Source: Anaerolineae bacterium (GTDB lineage: Bacteria > Chloroflexota > Anaerolineae > UBA1429). From it: a stretch of DNA of 64,000 nucleotides. Each line of letters opens with the position of its first letter. The first letter of the stretch is position 1. The stretch covers positions 608,001 through 672,000 of the forward strand of contig OY776562.1 of NCBI GenBank assembly GCA_963675785.1. Direction: 5' to 3'. The translations under genes were made by a program, and so were the position numbers. This document shows positions 9,744 through 19,319 of the stretch, piece by piece. Below the pieces are notes generated by a model. It was given only the letters and a program-made list of their open reading frames with translations. It ran no database searches and was not told the origin of the DNA.

Positions 9744-10841
9744 GTGTACATAAAGGAGCAACTCTTGCATAGCTCTGCATGTATTCGCCAAGAATGGGTC
9801 TACTATGCCTGGGGTCTGGTGGTACTTCTTGTTGGCCTGGGCTATACGGCAATGCCGCCTCTCCTCCTCGATGTCATTTTCGTGTTTCATTATCCCCTCT
9901 TGTTCTTTATGGCCGGTTATTTTTGCAGCCCAAACGCTGAGGGAACGCCTCGGGGTATCCGTTCGGCAACAAGGATCGCTGTGATTTTGATTGCCGCTTA
10001 TCTGGCACTTTCTCTGATCAACGCTCTGTTGCTTCAAGCTCTACAGGCCTTGAATTGGTTGGACTGGGATGTGAAGTTGGCCGATTCTCTATGGGGCACA
10101 CTGTATGGAGCTGTCTTCGCCAATGGGTTGGCGCATGCCGAGTCTCTGTGGGTACTTCCAGTGTTGGCTACTACCACGCTTATAGCCAGTTTGATCGAAC
10201 GTCTCGCCTCGGGTGATATGTTGCTGTTGGGCTCTATACTGAGCGGCTTTGCGGCCTGGGGTGTGGCTGCGGCAGGAGTTGGTGTATTGCCCTGGGGGCT
10301 GCACGCTGTGCCTTTGGCCCTTTGCTTCTATCTGCTGGGTCGTTGGTTGATTGCCCGATGCTATTTGCGTTTTAGTTTACGCCCCATGGTGGCCAACCTG
10401 GTGATGTATGCTTTTGCGGGTATCGTCTATCTTATGGCCGATCTGGGCGGACGCATGTCGCCGCAAACGGGGGAATATGGCCTTTCGGTTTTATACCTTT
10501 TGTTTGGCTCTCTGTCTGGCGTGTTGGCGGCCTATTTTCGAGCCATTGCCGTGCTCAAGCTGCGCCCTCTTGCCTGGGTCGGCCAGAGATGGATTCCGCT
10601 CATCGGCCTTAGTTATCTGCCCGTGCGTGCTTTGTCTGACCCCTTTACTCGCCTTTATGAGGCTCTGTCCGTTTCCATCTGGTTGCAGCCCTTTGGTGCC
10701 ATGTTGCAAGCGCTTGTCGCCCTCAGCTTGACCAGTGCTGTACTGCTGCTTTTGGAACGCGTCTCGCCCCGGTTTTCCGATTGGCTTCTGTCTATCAGAC
10801 CGACTTGTCCTATCTTTGTAAAAAGTGAGGAGGCGCCATGA
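9744..10841 (+). CDS. Acyltransferase family 3-like membrane protein
   Basis: FHYPLLFFMAGYF motif, LWVLP, about 10 TM segments. Confidence 0.7.
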   Translation: MYIKEQLLHSSACIRQEWVYYAWGLVVLLVGLGYTAMPPLLLDVIFVFHYPLLFFMAGYFCSPNAEGTPRGIRSATRIAVILIAAYLALSLINALLLQALQALNWLDWDVKLADSLWGTLYGAVFANGLAHAESLWVLPVLATTTLIASLIERLASGDMLLLGSILSGFAAWGVAAAGVGVLPWGLHAVPLALCFYLLGRWLIARCYLRFSLRPMVANLVMYAFAGIVYLMADLGGRMSPQTGEYGLSVLYLLFGSLSGVLAAYFRAIAVLKLRPLAWVGQRWIPLIGLSYLPVRALSDPFTRLYEALSVSIWLQPFGAMLQALVALSLTSAVLLLLERVSPRFSDWLLSIRPTCPIFVKSEEAP

Positions 10842-11800
10842 GTGAATTCCCAAGGCCCCGGCTCTTTATCAGCCGCTGTATCGAGCTCGAACACTGCCGC
10901 TGGAATGGCTTGCGCGTCTCTTCGGATGTGGTCAAGCTCATCAAGCCCTATGTGGATGTGGTCACTACTTGCCCAGAGGTAGAAATTGGCCTCGGGGTAC
11001 CACGTGACCCCATCCACCTGGAGATGATCGATCGGAGGGTGCGGCTGATACAACCTGCTACAGGTAAAGATCTCACCGAGGTTATGGATGATTTTGCCGC
11101 GAGCTATGCAGTCGAATTGGGCGATGTTGATGGCGCCATTCTCAAGAATCGCTCGCCGTCGTGTGGTCTGTCTGGCATCAAGATTCATGCGCCGGGTAGC
11201 AAGGAGAGCATTTCTACAAAAGGAATAGGACGGTTTGCCGCCATCCTGTCCGAGCACTATCCGAGGATTCCTTTTGAAGATGAGGGGCGGCTAACCAACT
11301 ATACCATCCGCGAACATTTTCTAACGCAAGTGTTCGCTCGGGCCAGATGGCGAGAGGTTCATCAGATTGGCACTATGGGTGCCCTGGTCGACTTTCAGGC
11401 CAGGAATAAAATGCTGCTGCTGGCCCACAGCGAGATAGAGATGCGCCAGTTGGGCAGTATTGTGGCCAATCATGACCATCTGAATGTAGCGGAGGCCTAT
11501 GCTGCTTATGAGGAGCACTTTTATAATGCTTTGGCGCAGGTGCCGCGTCCTACTGCAACTGTCAATGTGTTGATGCATGCTCTGGGCTATTTTGATTTGA
11601 ATGCAACTGAAAAGGGCTACTTTTTGGAGTGTCTCGATGACTATCGCAGCGGTCAACTCCCTTTGAGCGTCCCGCAGGCCATTATTCACATCTGGAGCAT
11701 TCGATTTCAGGTTGACTATCTTCTGCAGCAAACTTTTTTCGCACCCTATCCCGAAGATCTCGTGCAGATCACCGACTCGGGCAAGGGACGGTCATTTTAG
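10838..11800 (+). CDS. DUF523/DUF1722 (YbgA-like) protein
   Basis: ISRC, CPEVEIGLGVPR, KNRSPSCG, EDEGRL, NVLMHALGYF. Confidence 0.92.
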   Translation: MSEFPRPRLFISRCIELEHCRWNGLRVSSDVVKLIKPYVDVVTTCPEVEIGLGVPRDPIHLEMIDRRVRLIQPATGKDLTEVMDDFAASYAVELGDVDGAILKNRSPSCGLSGIKIHAPGSKESISTKGIGRFAAILSEHYPRIPFEDEGRLTNYTIREHFLTQVFARARWREVHQIGTMGALVDFQARNKMLLLAHSEIEMRQLGSIVANHDHLNVAEAYAAYEEHFYNALAQVPRPTATVNVLMHALGYFDLNATEKGYFLECLDDYRSGQLPLSVPQAIIHIWSIRFQVDYLLQQTFFAPYPEDLVQITDSGKGRSF

Positions 11801-11819
11801 CCTGGAGGAGAAAGAGTCT

Positions 11820-12710
11820 ATGCGCATCGTCAGTGATTGCAGCGTCGATTTGGATGCATCTATTATCAAAGAGCTGGAGATAGAATTGGTTCCTTTGACG
11901 ACAATGTTGGAAGGGGTTTCTTATCGAAGCGACGAGAATATCGATTTGGATTGGTTCTACACGCGTATCATCGAGAGTGGACAGGTTCCCAAGACGAGCC
12001 AGCCCTCTCCTGCTTTGTTTGCTTCTGCCTATGAGCGCATTGCTCAAGAAGACCCTGAGATTCTCTCGCTGCACGTTTCTTCGGGATTGTCGGGCACAAT
12101 CAATTCTGCCCGCATCGGCGCTGAGAATGTGCCCGATGCAAATATTACCGTGTACGACACCAGAACACTTTCTCTGGGAGTGGGTTGGCAGGTAGAGGCT
12201 GCTGCACAAGCCGTTCGTGCGGGGTGGTCTTATGCAGAGATCATGCGTCTGGTGAGCCGTGTTGGCGAGGCAACGCGGGTGCTCTGTCTTTTGGGGGATC
12301 TCAAGTATTTGAGCATGGGAGGGCGATTGGGGAATCTGCCTGGCCTCATTGCTTCCGTCCTGCACATAAGGCCGACAATTGGTGTAGATCTGTCCACTGG
12401 CAAGTTCGCTCTAAAGCGCATATCCCGGACCATTGCCCATGCCATTGAGGCCGTGCCTGATATTATTCGGGAGGATTACGCTCCTGATATCTGCCTGCGT
12501 GTGCAGACCCTGCATACCATGTATCCGCAAGGGGCCAGGCAGCTCCTCGAGAAGGTCAAAGCCGAATTCAACTGTAATTGCCTGTCCATTGGTCGCATGG
12601 GGCTGGTGCTGGGTTCGCATGCCGGGCCGGTTGCCTTTGGCATCGCCTATGCTCCACAGAGCATCTGGGATGACCTGCCGTGGGAAAAACCTTTCTGTAA
12701 GGAGGAGTGA
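11820..12710 (+). CDS. DegV family fatty-acid-binding protein
   Basis: PKTSQPS, SSGLSGT, DTRTLSLG, GGRL, GSHAGP. Confidence 0.93.
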   Translation: MRIVSDCSVDLDASIIKELEIELVPLTTMLEGVSYRSDENIDLDWFYTRIIESGQVPKTSQPSPALFASAYERIAQEDPEILSLHVSSGLSGTINSARIGAENVPDANITVYDTRTLSLGVGWQVEAAAQAVRAGWSYAEIMRLVSRVGEATRVLCLLGDLKYLSMGGRLGNLPGLIASVLHIRPTIGVDLSTGKFALKRISRTIAHAIEAVPDIIREDYAPDICLRVQTLHTMYPQGARQLLEKVKAEFNCNCLSIGRMGLVLGSHAGPVAFGIAYAPQSIWDDLPWEKPFCKEE

Positions 12711-13501
12711 CGATGAGTTTCTTGAGTATGTGGCTAATCGGTCTGGCTGTGGCTCTGGGGGGCATGATTCTGCTGTGGCTTGTGAGCCTGCCCCTCAAGA
12801 ATTCATCTATTGTCGACATCTATTGGGGCCCCGGCTTTTTAGTTTTGGCACTGGTATACAACACCCTTTCCCAAGGGTTTACGGCGCGGCGTATCATTCT
12901 GCTTGTGCTCGTTGCGATCTGGTCCTTGCGGTTAGGTGTCCATATCCTGCTTCGCAACAAAGGCAAGGGTGAGGACCCTCGTTATGCGGCCTGGCGCCAA
13001 GAGGCGGGCGAAAGTTGGTGGTGGAAAAGCCTGTTCCGCGTGTTTATTCTTCAGGGGTTCTTGCAGTGGATTATCAGCTTGCCTTTGTTGGCTGCTCAAT
13101 TCGGCCCGGTGCGTGATTCCCTGTCGGTGTTGGATGTGTTGGGTGTCGTCGTCTGGTTGATTGGTTTTGCCTTTGAGGCTGGGGGAGACATACAGTTGAC
13201 CCGTTTCAAGGCAGATGTTAGCAACAAGGGCAAGGTACTTCGAACAGGCTTTTGGAAGTACACGCGCCATCCCAACTATTTCGGCGATTCTGCACAGTGG
13301 TGGGGTTATTATCTCTTTGCCCTAGCCACACCGGGCGGTTGGTGGACGATCATTAGCCCCATTGTAATGACCTTCTTTTTGCTGCGTGTCTCTGGTGTGG
13401 TCATGTTGGAAAAGAGTCTCAAAGAGACCAAGCCTCAATATGCAGATTATATCAAATCGACGCCAGCGTTTTTTCCATGGTTTCCGAAAAAACGCCAATA
13501 G
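12707..13501 (+). CDS. DUF1295 family membrane protein (steroid-5-alpha-reductase-like)
   Basis: SIVDIYWG, EDPRY, TRHPNYFG. Confidence 0.92.
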   Translation: MTMSFLSMWLIGLAVALGGMILLWLVSLPLKNSSIVDIYWGPGFLVLALVYNTLSQGFTARRIILLVLVAIWSLRLGVHILLRNKGKGEDPRYAAWRQEAGESWWWKSLFRVFILQGFLQWIISLPLLAAQFGPVRDSLSVLDVLGVVVWLIGFAFEAGGDIQLTRFKADVSNKGKVLRTGFWKYTRHPNYFGDSAQWWGYYLFALATPGGWWTIISPIVMTFFLLRVSGVVMLEKSLKETKPQYADYIKSTPAFFPWFPKKRQ

Positions 13502-13533
13502 CCAAGTCAGACGATCAGTGGGCTACATAAAGC

Positions 13534-13563
13534 GAGCCGTACAGGAATATTCCTGTACGGCTC
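13534..13563. terminator. Perfect 30-bp palindrome between convergent genes
   Basis: GAGCCGTACAGGAATATTCCTGTACGGCTC. Confidence 0.55.
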
Positions 13564-13587
13564 TGCTATAGGGAGGAATTTGTCTAT

Positions 13588-15597
13588 TTAGCGTCGGCCC
13601 TGGCCACCCATACCGGGTTGAGTCATGCCTGTTCCGCTGGTGCTTACGCCACCTCCAGACAAATAGGTGACGATACTGCTGATTGTAAAGCTGCTGATTT
13701 CGGTGCCATCCTCATAGCTGCCATCGGTATAATAGCCATCTGCTGATGTACCCGAGATCGAGCCGCCTGTGTAAAAGGTGTATTCTTCGCCCAGTGAAAT
13801 ATCCGGCGTCGAGATCAGGATCGACTGGAATGTTTTGCTCGGTGTAAAGGTAAGAATGTCTGTGCCATCATTGCTTTCCAGTCGAATGACCGTACCCGCC
13901 TGCTGCGATCCAGAGAATGTTGCCATCACCGAATATTGAGTGGAAGAGCTAGAAGGTGCCTGAGCCATGCCCGAGCTGCCTGCGGCCACAAAAATGCCAC
14001 CCGTGATTTCGAATACGCCGGTATAGTCCAGAGGACCATTACCGTTATCAGTCGGGCCGTTAACCAGTACAGTGCCGCCTGTTACGTAAAGCGAACCGTT
14101 CGAATCAATGCCATCGCCTGCGGCGTCCACGTACAAATAGCCACCGTTGATCTCGATAGAATAATTGCCACCGGCGGAAAAACTTCCCTGGCCTGGCCGG
14201 CCACCCAGTGCTGAACTGTCACTGCCTCCGGCCGCGTTCAAGCCGTCGTCACTTGCAACGACCCAGAGTGTGCCATCATTGATAATGATGGAGGCGCTTT
14301 CCAGCCCCTCGTAGCTTTGCGTAATGTTGATAGTACCATTGTTGATGGTCAATAGCGTGTCGGCGTGCATACCATCATCACCAGAGGAAATATCCAAGCT
14401 ACCGCCGTTAATGGTGATGCTATTGTTCGAGTGAATGGCGTCGTCTGAAGAATCGATAGTAAAGGTGCCGCCATCAATGACGACTTCATTCGTCGCTTTG
14501 AGAGCTTTGGCTGTCTGTTCAGTGCCATCATCGCTCGTCGAACTTGACCACATGCCCCAGATGCCGCCCTGGCTGCTTCCATAGCTAGCATTGGCGCTTC
14601 CGCCGCCTGTTATAATGGAGAACTCGCCACCGCTGATGTAAAGCGTGGTTTCTGCTTGGATGCCATCTGCACTCGCGGTGATATTGAATACGCCACCGCT
14701 GATGCTGATATAGCCTTTGGTTGTATCGGTATCGTTGGTAGACTTGATACCATCACCTTCTGCTATGATGGTGATATTCCCGTCGAGGATAACTACAGAA
14801 TCTTTGCCCATCAGGCCATCGTCTGCGGCCGTAATGATGAGTGTGCCTCCGGCAATGTACAAGTCGTCCTTGCTGGTGATGCCGTTGTTATAGTTGGCCG
14901 TTACTTGCAATGTGCCATTGCCGTTAATGGTGAGGTCATCTTTACTAAAAATGGTTGCGTTTGGCTCGTCCGTTGTTGCATCTGCAAACACGTATTCGCT
15001 ACCGTCTTCTACGGTGTTCTCAGTGCCCTCTGCCAGTGTCAGAACTACCTTATCGGCATTTTCAACATAGATAGGCGCGCTGGTGGAGCAATAGATATCC
15101 ACGCCATTGAGCACGAGACGTACGGTATCATCATCTTGTGTATCGACGATGATCTGACCATCATCCAGGGTGCCGTTAATGGCGTAGGTGCCAGATGAGG
15201 TGATAGTGACCGTGCTGCCGTTGACAGAAACACCGTTGCCGTTAACAGAGATGCTATCGCCATCCAAAGTGATGATCGCGTCGGCCTGGCCATCCCAGCT
15301 ACTATCCAAATCTTCACTGTCGAGCAGATCTGAATTCAAAGAACTAACGTTGACGGTCTCACCAGTTTGTGTGTTATCTGCTTCCGGTGTATCAGAAGTT
15401 GTGGTCGGCTGAGAAGTAACTGTTTCCGCAGATGAACTTGACGTTGCTGTAGCGCCTGAGGTGCTGGCCGTTGTACTCGTCGCTGTTGCAACGGGCGTAC
15501 TCGTCAAACCTGTAATAGTTTGTGTTCCACCACAAGCACTGAACAAAAATAGCGATAGAATCGCCAGGATGATGACATATAATTTGGAATGTTTCAT
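13588..15597 (-). CDS. Lipoprotein with a Cthe_2159/DUF4353 carbohydrate-binding beta-helix
   Basis: Lipobox LFSAC, Thr/Ser linker, repeated xDGI/xDAIHS, SYEGLE, GDGIDSNG. Confidence 0.9.
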   Translation of the reverse strand: MKHSKLYVIILAILSLFLFSACGGTQTITGLTSTPVATATSTTASTSGATATSSSSAETVTSQPTTTSDTPEADNTQTGETVNVSSLNSDLLDSEDLDSSWDGQADAIITLDGDSISVNGNGVSVNGSTVTITSSGTYAINGTLDDGQIIVDTQDDDTVRLVLNGVDIYCSTSAPIYVENADKVVLTLAEGTENTVEDGSEYVFADATTDEPNATIFSKDDLTINGNGTLQVTANYNNGITSKDDLYIAGGTLIITAADDGLMGKDSVVILDGNITIIAEGDGIKSTNDTDTTKGYISISGGVFNITASADGIQAETTLYISGGEFSIITGGGSANASYGSSQGGIWGMWSSSTSDDGTEQTAKALKATNEVVIDGGTFTIDSSDDAIHSNNSITINGGSLDISSGDDGMHADTLLTINNGTINITQSYEGLESASIIINDGTLWVVASDDGLNAAGGSDSSALGGRPGQGSFSAGGNYSIEINGGYLYVDAAGDGIDSNGSLYVTGGTVLVNGPTDNGNGPLDYTGVFEITGGIFVAAGSSGMAQAPSSSSTQYSVMATFSGSQQAGTVIRLESNDGTDILTFTPSKTFQSILISTPDISLGEEYTFYTGGSISGTSADGYYTDGSYEDGTEISSFTISSIVTYLSGGGVSTSGTGMTQPGMGGQGRR

Positions 15598-15824
15598 GAT
15601 CTCTCCCCTGCTTGATAGTTCTTTTTTGCAGCTTTTGCTTCAAAGAACATCCTACTTGACCTGCTTGGAATCTGCTCCCTAGACGTTTGATAGCATCCTT
15701 CAAGTCAATATCATAGCGGGTTTGTAAAGAGTTTCGGTTAACATGTTTTTAAGATTCCATCAAGTTTTTGAGGAGCATGGATACAATGGAATTACTTTAC
15801 TACAATAAAGATATTTAAATAGAT

Positions 15825-15866
15825 AAAACTGCAAGGTCTGCCACACCGGCAGACCTTGCAGTTTTT
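15825..15866. terminator. Terminator downstream of the SDR gene
   Basis: AAAACTGCAAGGTCTGCC...GGCAGACCTTGCAGTTTT. Confidence 0.7.
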
Positions 15867-15894
15867 ACAGAGATAGAAGTAGGGAGAGCTAGTG

Positions 15895-17670
15895 CTAGAC
15901 GGCCGTTCTCCCCACAGATTGCTGCCGCAGCAGAGCAGGGCCGATGCGATCCATAATCCAGCCAAACCAGAACTCTGTCCAGGTCCCCAGTCGAGCCTCC
16001 CAGGGCGCATGAACAACTCGGCGAGGACGTTTGAGCAGAGCAGTTACGGTGCGTGCAATTTGCTCGGGTGCTATAGCCCAACGGTTTACCAAAAAGGTAT
16101 TGCCGATGGCGTTCATTCCTGCCTTGTCGTAAAAGTCTGTGGATACTGCGCCTGCGAGAATCAGTGATACGTTTACACCGCTTCCTCTGCTTTCGCGGTG
16201 AAGGGCAGTCGTCAAGGCATCGATATAGGCCTTGCTTGCGCTATACAGCGCCACGCCCTGCGAAGGAATGCGTCCGACAATCGAGCCGATGTTAACAATA
16301 TGACCGCTTCCTCGGTTGGTCATCTCACTGAGTGCAGAGAGCGACAAATCGGTGACAGCCTGAATGTTGAGTGCGATCATATCATCCACTTGGCTGACGG
16401 GCATCTTGCTGGCATAGCCATACCAGCCCATACCGGCATTGTTGATGAGTATATCGATGGGTCCCAGATCTCGCCGGATAGTGGCAAGAAGACGGCGGCG
16501 TTCCTCGGGCACGGTCAAGTCGGCAGGTATGATCTGGGCTGTGCCACCAAAAGCCGTGATGGACTCGGCTACGTGCTCTAGCTTTTGCTGGTTTCTTGCA
16601 GTAAGAACGACCTTGAATCCATCAAGAGCCAGCTCTTTGGCAATCGCTTCACCGATGCCCTGGGATGCGCCTGTAATGAGCGCTATTCGCCCTTCCCAGG
16701 CCTTGGGGGCATGGGCGCGACGATAAGGCAGTGATTTTGCCAGAATGTAGCGCTTGACGAACGGACGCAAGAGACGCACCGCGCGTGCACGCCAACCCAA
16801 TCGCACCTTGATGTCATTGACATAATCATCCAGTGTGCGCGTCTGGTAGTGCAACAATTCTTGGCTTTCGCGAGTATCCAACCAATCGGTATGAAAAGGT
16901 ATACTGGTGAAGGCTTCTTCTGGCAGTGTGCCTATACCAACGGCATCGAGAACCTGGTTTGCGATTTCCTGATAATATAGCTGGCAGCGCGGTCCACCGC
17001 CTAGATGAAGCGTCTTGAACCAGACTTCCTCAGTGTTTACAGTGTTTGCCAAAGCGTCTCCCAAATCCCGCGTGTGAACAAACTCCATTCGATCAGAGAG
17101 GGGCACGCCAAACATACCCTTGTCCATGATCATGGTAATGGGCAGGGCGGCTGCAAATCGAGTGATAGCCCAGGTTAGTTTGGAGCTGCGCACCATTTGT
17201 TCGCACAAAACCTTGTGTCGAGAATAGTGCTCGATAGGACTGGGTGTCTCATCTACTGTGCGGGGTGGCTTGCGATCCTGGGTTCGTCCATAGATAGCAC
17301 AAGAAGAGGCAAAGATGAGTTTCGGCGGGAGAGCCTGTGCCTCCATTGCGGCAATGACATTGCGCGTCCCTCCGACGTTGATTTCTTGAGCCCATATAGG
17401 CTCTGATTCAGAGCTGACGCCAGTTGCCGAAAGGCTGGGGATGATAAAAGCCAGATGAATGACGACATCCTGGTTTTCAACAGCTTGTTCAACATCCTCC
17501 AACTTGCGGATATCGCCCCATACTGTGCGGACAGACAATCGTTTTGCCGCTTTGCGGTTTTGTTTTGTATCCAGGTCAAAAGCGGTAACGTCGTGGCCGC
17601 GTTCTATGAGTGAATGAATCGTATTCTGTCCGACATTGCCAAAAGCACCGGTTACCAATACATGTTTCAT
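15895..17670 (-). CDS. Fused extended-SDR (epimerase/3-beta-HSD-like) and classical SDR oxidoreductase
   Basis: TGAFGNVG...YSRHK in the first domain; TGASQGIG, NNAG and YSASK in the second. Confidence 0.88.
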   Translation of the reverse strand: MKHVLVTGAFGNVGQNTIHSLIERGHDVTAFDLDTKQNRKAAKRLSVRTVWGDIRKLEDVEQAVENQDVVIHLAFIIPSLSATGVSSESEPIWAQEINVGGTRNVIAAMEAQALPPKLIFASSCAIYGRTQDRKPPRTVDETPSPIEHYSRHKVLCEQMVRSSKLTWAITRFAAALPITMIMDKGMFGVPLSDRMEFVHTRDLGDALANTVNTEEVWFKTLHLGGGPRCQLYYQEIANQVLDAVGIGTLPEEAFTSIPFHTDWLDTRESQELLHYQTRTLDDYVNDIKVRLGWRARAVRLLRPFVKRYILAKSLPYRRAHAPKAWEGRIALITGASQGIGEAIAKELALDGFKVVLTARNQQKLEHVAESITAFGGTAQIIPADLTVPEERRRLLATIRRDLGPIDILINNAGMGWYGYASKMPVSQVDDMIALNIQAVTDLSLSALSEMTNRGSGHIVNIGSIVGRIPSQGVALYSASKAYIDALTTALHRESRGSGVNVSLILAGAVSTDFYDKAGMNAIGNTFLVNRWAIAPEQIARTVTALLKRPRRVVHAPWEARLGTWTEFWFGWIMDRIGPALLRQQSVGRTAV

Positions 17671-18278
17671 GCTGTTCCGTTATTCCTCTGCCAGGAGCCT
17701 ACTACCTGGCGTATGCAACTGGTAGCGATATCGCTCCAGCCTTCAGATTCAGTATCCAAAAGGGATTGCAACAGCAATCCCACAACCAGCGAGATCAGGG
17801 TTTGAGCCCCTAGTTCTGGATTTATCCCCTCAAGGGAACCTTCATCGATGCCCCGCTGGATCATGTCTGCAAAATAGGTACGGTAGCGATCAAAGGGCGC
17901 AAAAGCTTCTTCCCAGACGACATCTTCTTTGCGAGCCTGCTGCCAAAAGGTAAGGATGAGAGGCAGCTGATCTTGTCCTTGTTCCATGATCTGCCCCAGG
18001 AGATTTGCCATGAGGCCGATGGTTTCGGGGACGCCAAGACCTTGCGATACCATGCGTTCAAGCTCGGCATCGAGCTGCGCGAGCCAGCCACCTAGCACTT
18101 CTAGAAACAGTACCTGCTTGCTCTCAAAGTGGTGGTAAAAGGCACCCTTGCTTATTTTCGCATGTCTGCATATTTGCGAAATACTGGCGGCATCATAGCC
18201 ATTTGCAGCAAAGTTCTGCTGTGCAGAAAGGACGATCGCGTCTCGTGTAGCCTGGCTTCTTGCTTGATGGGGGGGCAA
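17667..18278 (-). CDS. TetR/AcrR family transcriptional regulator
   Basis: ASISQICRHAKISKGAFYHHFESK HTH; probable TTG start at 18278 after AGGAG. Confidence 0.9.
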   Translation of the reverse strand: MPPHQARSQATRDAIVLSAQQNFAANGYDAASISQICRHAKISKGAFYHHFESKQVLFLEVLGGWLAQLDAELERMVSQGLGVPETIGLMANLLGQIMEQGQDQLPLILTFWQQARKEDVVWEEAFAPFDRYRTYFADMIQRGIDEGSLEGINPELGAQTLISLVVGLLLQSLLDTESEGWSDIATSCIRQVVGSWQRNNGTA

Positions 18279-18290
18279 GCTATTACTCCT

Positions 18291-18318
18291 TAATAATACC
18301 GACCGGTCGGTATTATTA
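18291..18318. promoter_or_regulatory. Perfect 28-bp palindrome, probable TetR operator
   Basis: TAATAATACCGACCGGTCGGTATTATTA directly upstream of the tetR RBS. Confidence 0.75.
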
Positions 18319-18352
18319 TCACTGTTTTTGTGGGCATTGTCAACAAGTTCGC

Positions 18353-18399
18353 TTGCACCCTTGAAACGGGGCGTGTATACTTTGTACTCATGGGCACAA
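18353..18399 (+). promoter_or_regulatory. rex promoter with a possible autoregulatory Rex site
   Basis: TTGCAC-N17-TATACT followed by TTGTACTCATGGGCACAA (18382-18399). Confidence 0.5.
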
Positions 18400-18425
18400 T
18401 GGCAATACGTGGAGGTAGGGCAATC

Positions 18426-19082
18426 ATGGTCAACCAATCTGCGATCCCTGCGCCAAGTCTGCGCCGTCTGCCTCTTTACTATCGGAGGCTGCAGCAGGCT
18501 ATCCAAGACGGAGAGGATATTATTTCGTCGCAGGCCCTGGGTGAAGCTGCGGGGGTTCCTGCTGCCCAGGTGCGCAAGGATATCGGGCACTTGGGCGAAT
18601 ACGGACGTCCTGGTGTGGGCTATGATGTCCCTTCATTGACGACGCGTCTGGAAGAGTTTCTGGGCCTTGTCTCAGAAAAGCGAGCGCTTATCGTTGGCGT
18701 CGGTAACCTCGGTCGGGCGTTGGCATCCTATCCTGGGTTTACGCGCTATGGTTTGCATCTACGGGCGGTGTTTGACGCTGACCCTGCCAAGGTAGGTACA
18801 ACGGTGGCCGGATTGCAGATTCAGTCTCTTTCCGAGATCGGCACGACCATTCAGCAAGAACGCATCCAGATGGGCATCGTTACTGTGCCGGCTCCATATG
18901 CCCAGGAAGTAGCGGATATTTTGGTGGAGAACGGTATTTCGGTCATTTGGAACTTTGCGCCTACTTCGCTGGTTGTCCCTGATTCGGTGTTGCTGCAAAG
19001 TGTGGATCTGGCTACAGAGCTGGCGACGCTCTCACATCGCATCGTCCGACACCGTATGCGCCAGATTGACCCCAGAGCATAG
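18426..19082 (+). CDS. rex: Redox-sensing transcriptional repressor Rex
   Basis: RRLPLYYR, ISSQAL, QVRKD, GRPGVGY, GVGNLG, IWNFAP. Confidence 0.95.
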   Translation: MVNQSAIPAPSLRRLPLYYRRLQQAIQDGEDIISSQALGEAAGVPAAQVRKDIGHLGEYGRPGVGYDVPSLTTRLEEFLGLVSEKRALIVGVGNLGRALASYPGFTRYGLHLRAVFDADPAKVGTTVAGLQIQSLSEIGTTIQQERIQMGIVTVPAPYAQEVADILVENGISVIWNFAPTSLVVPDSVLLQSVDLATELATLSHRIVRHRMRQIDPRA

Positions 19083-19319
19083 TATGCTAGAATGACCACG
19101 CTTTAAGATTGTGTCTTGGCTGATGTTGAGGACATGATAACCGCACCCATTGCTAATGCCTGGGGCGGTTGTCTTTTATGTGTAGTGCGAGGTTTCTTCA
19201 AGCACGGGCACAGGTAGTGTCACTCGGATCATTGCTCATGCAGGCACAACTTGCTAAAATCATTTGTTTTTTAGACGAATTATTGTAATATCGGCTTGTG
19301 TAACTGTGGGGAGGCATAG

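Noticed and set aside
18279-18590. N-terminal extensions of TetR and Rex in the ORF track (also GrpB, the oxidoreductase, DppF and DegV)
   Set aside because: They overlap neighbouring genes or promoters; RBS-supported downstream starts fit the family lengths.
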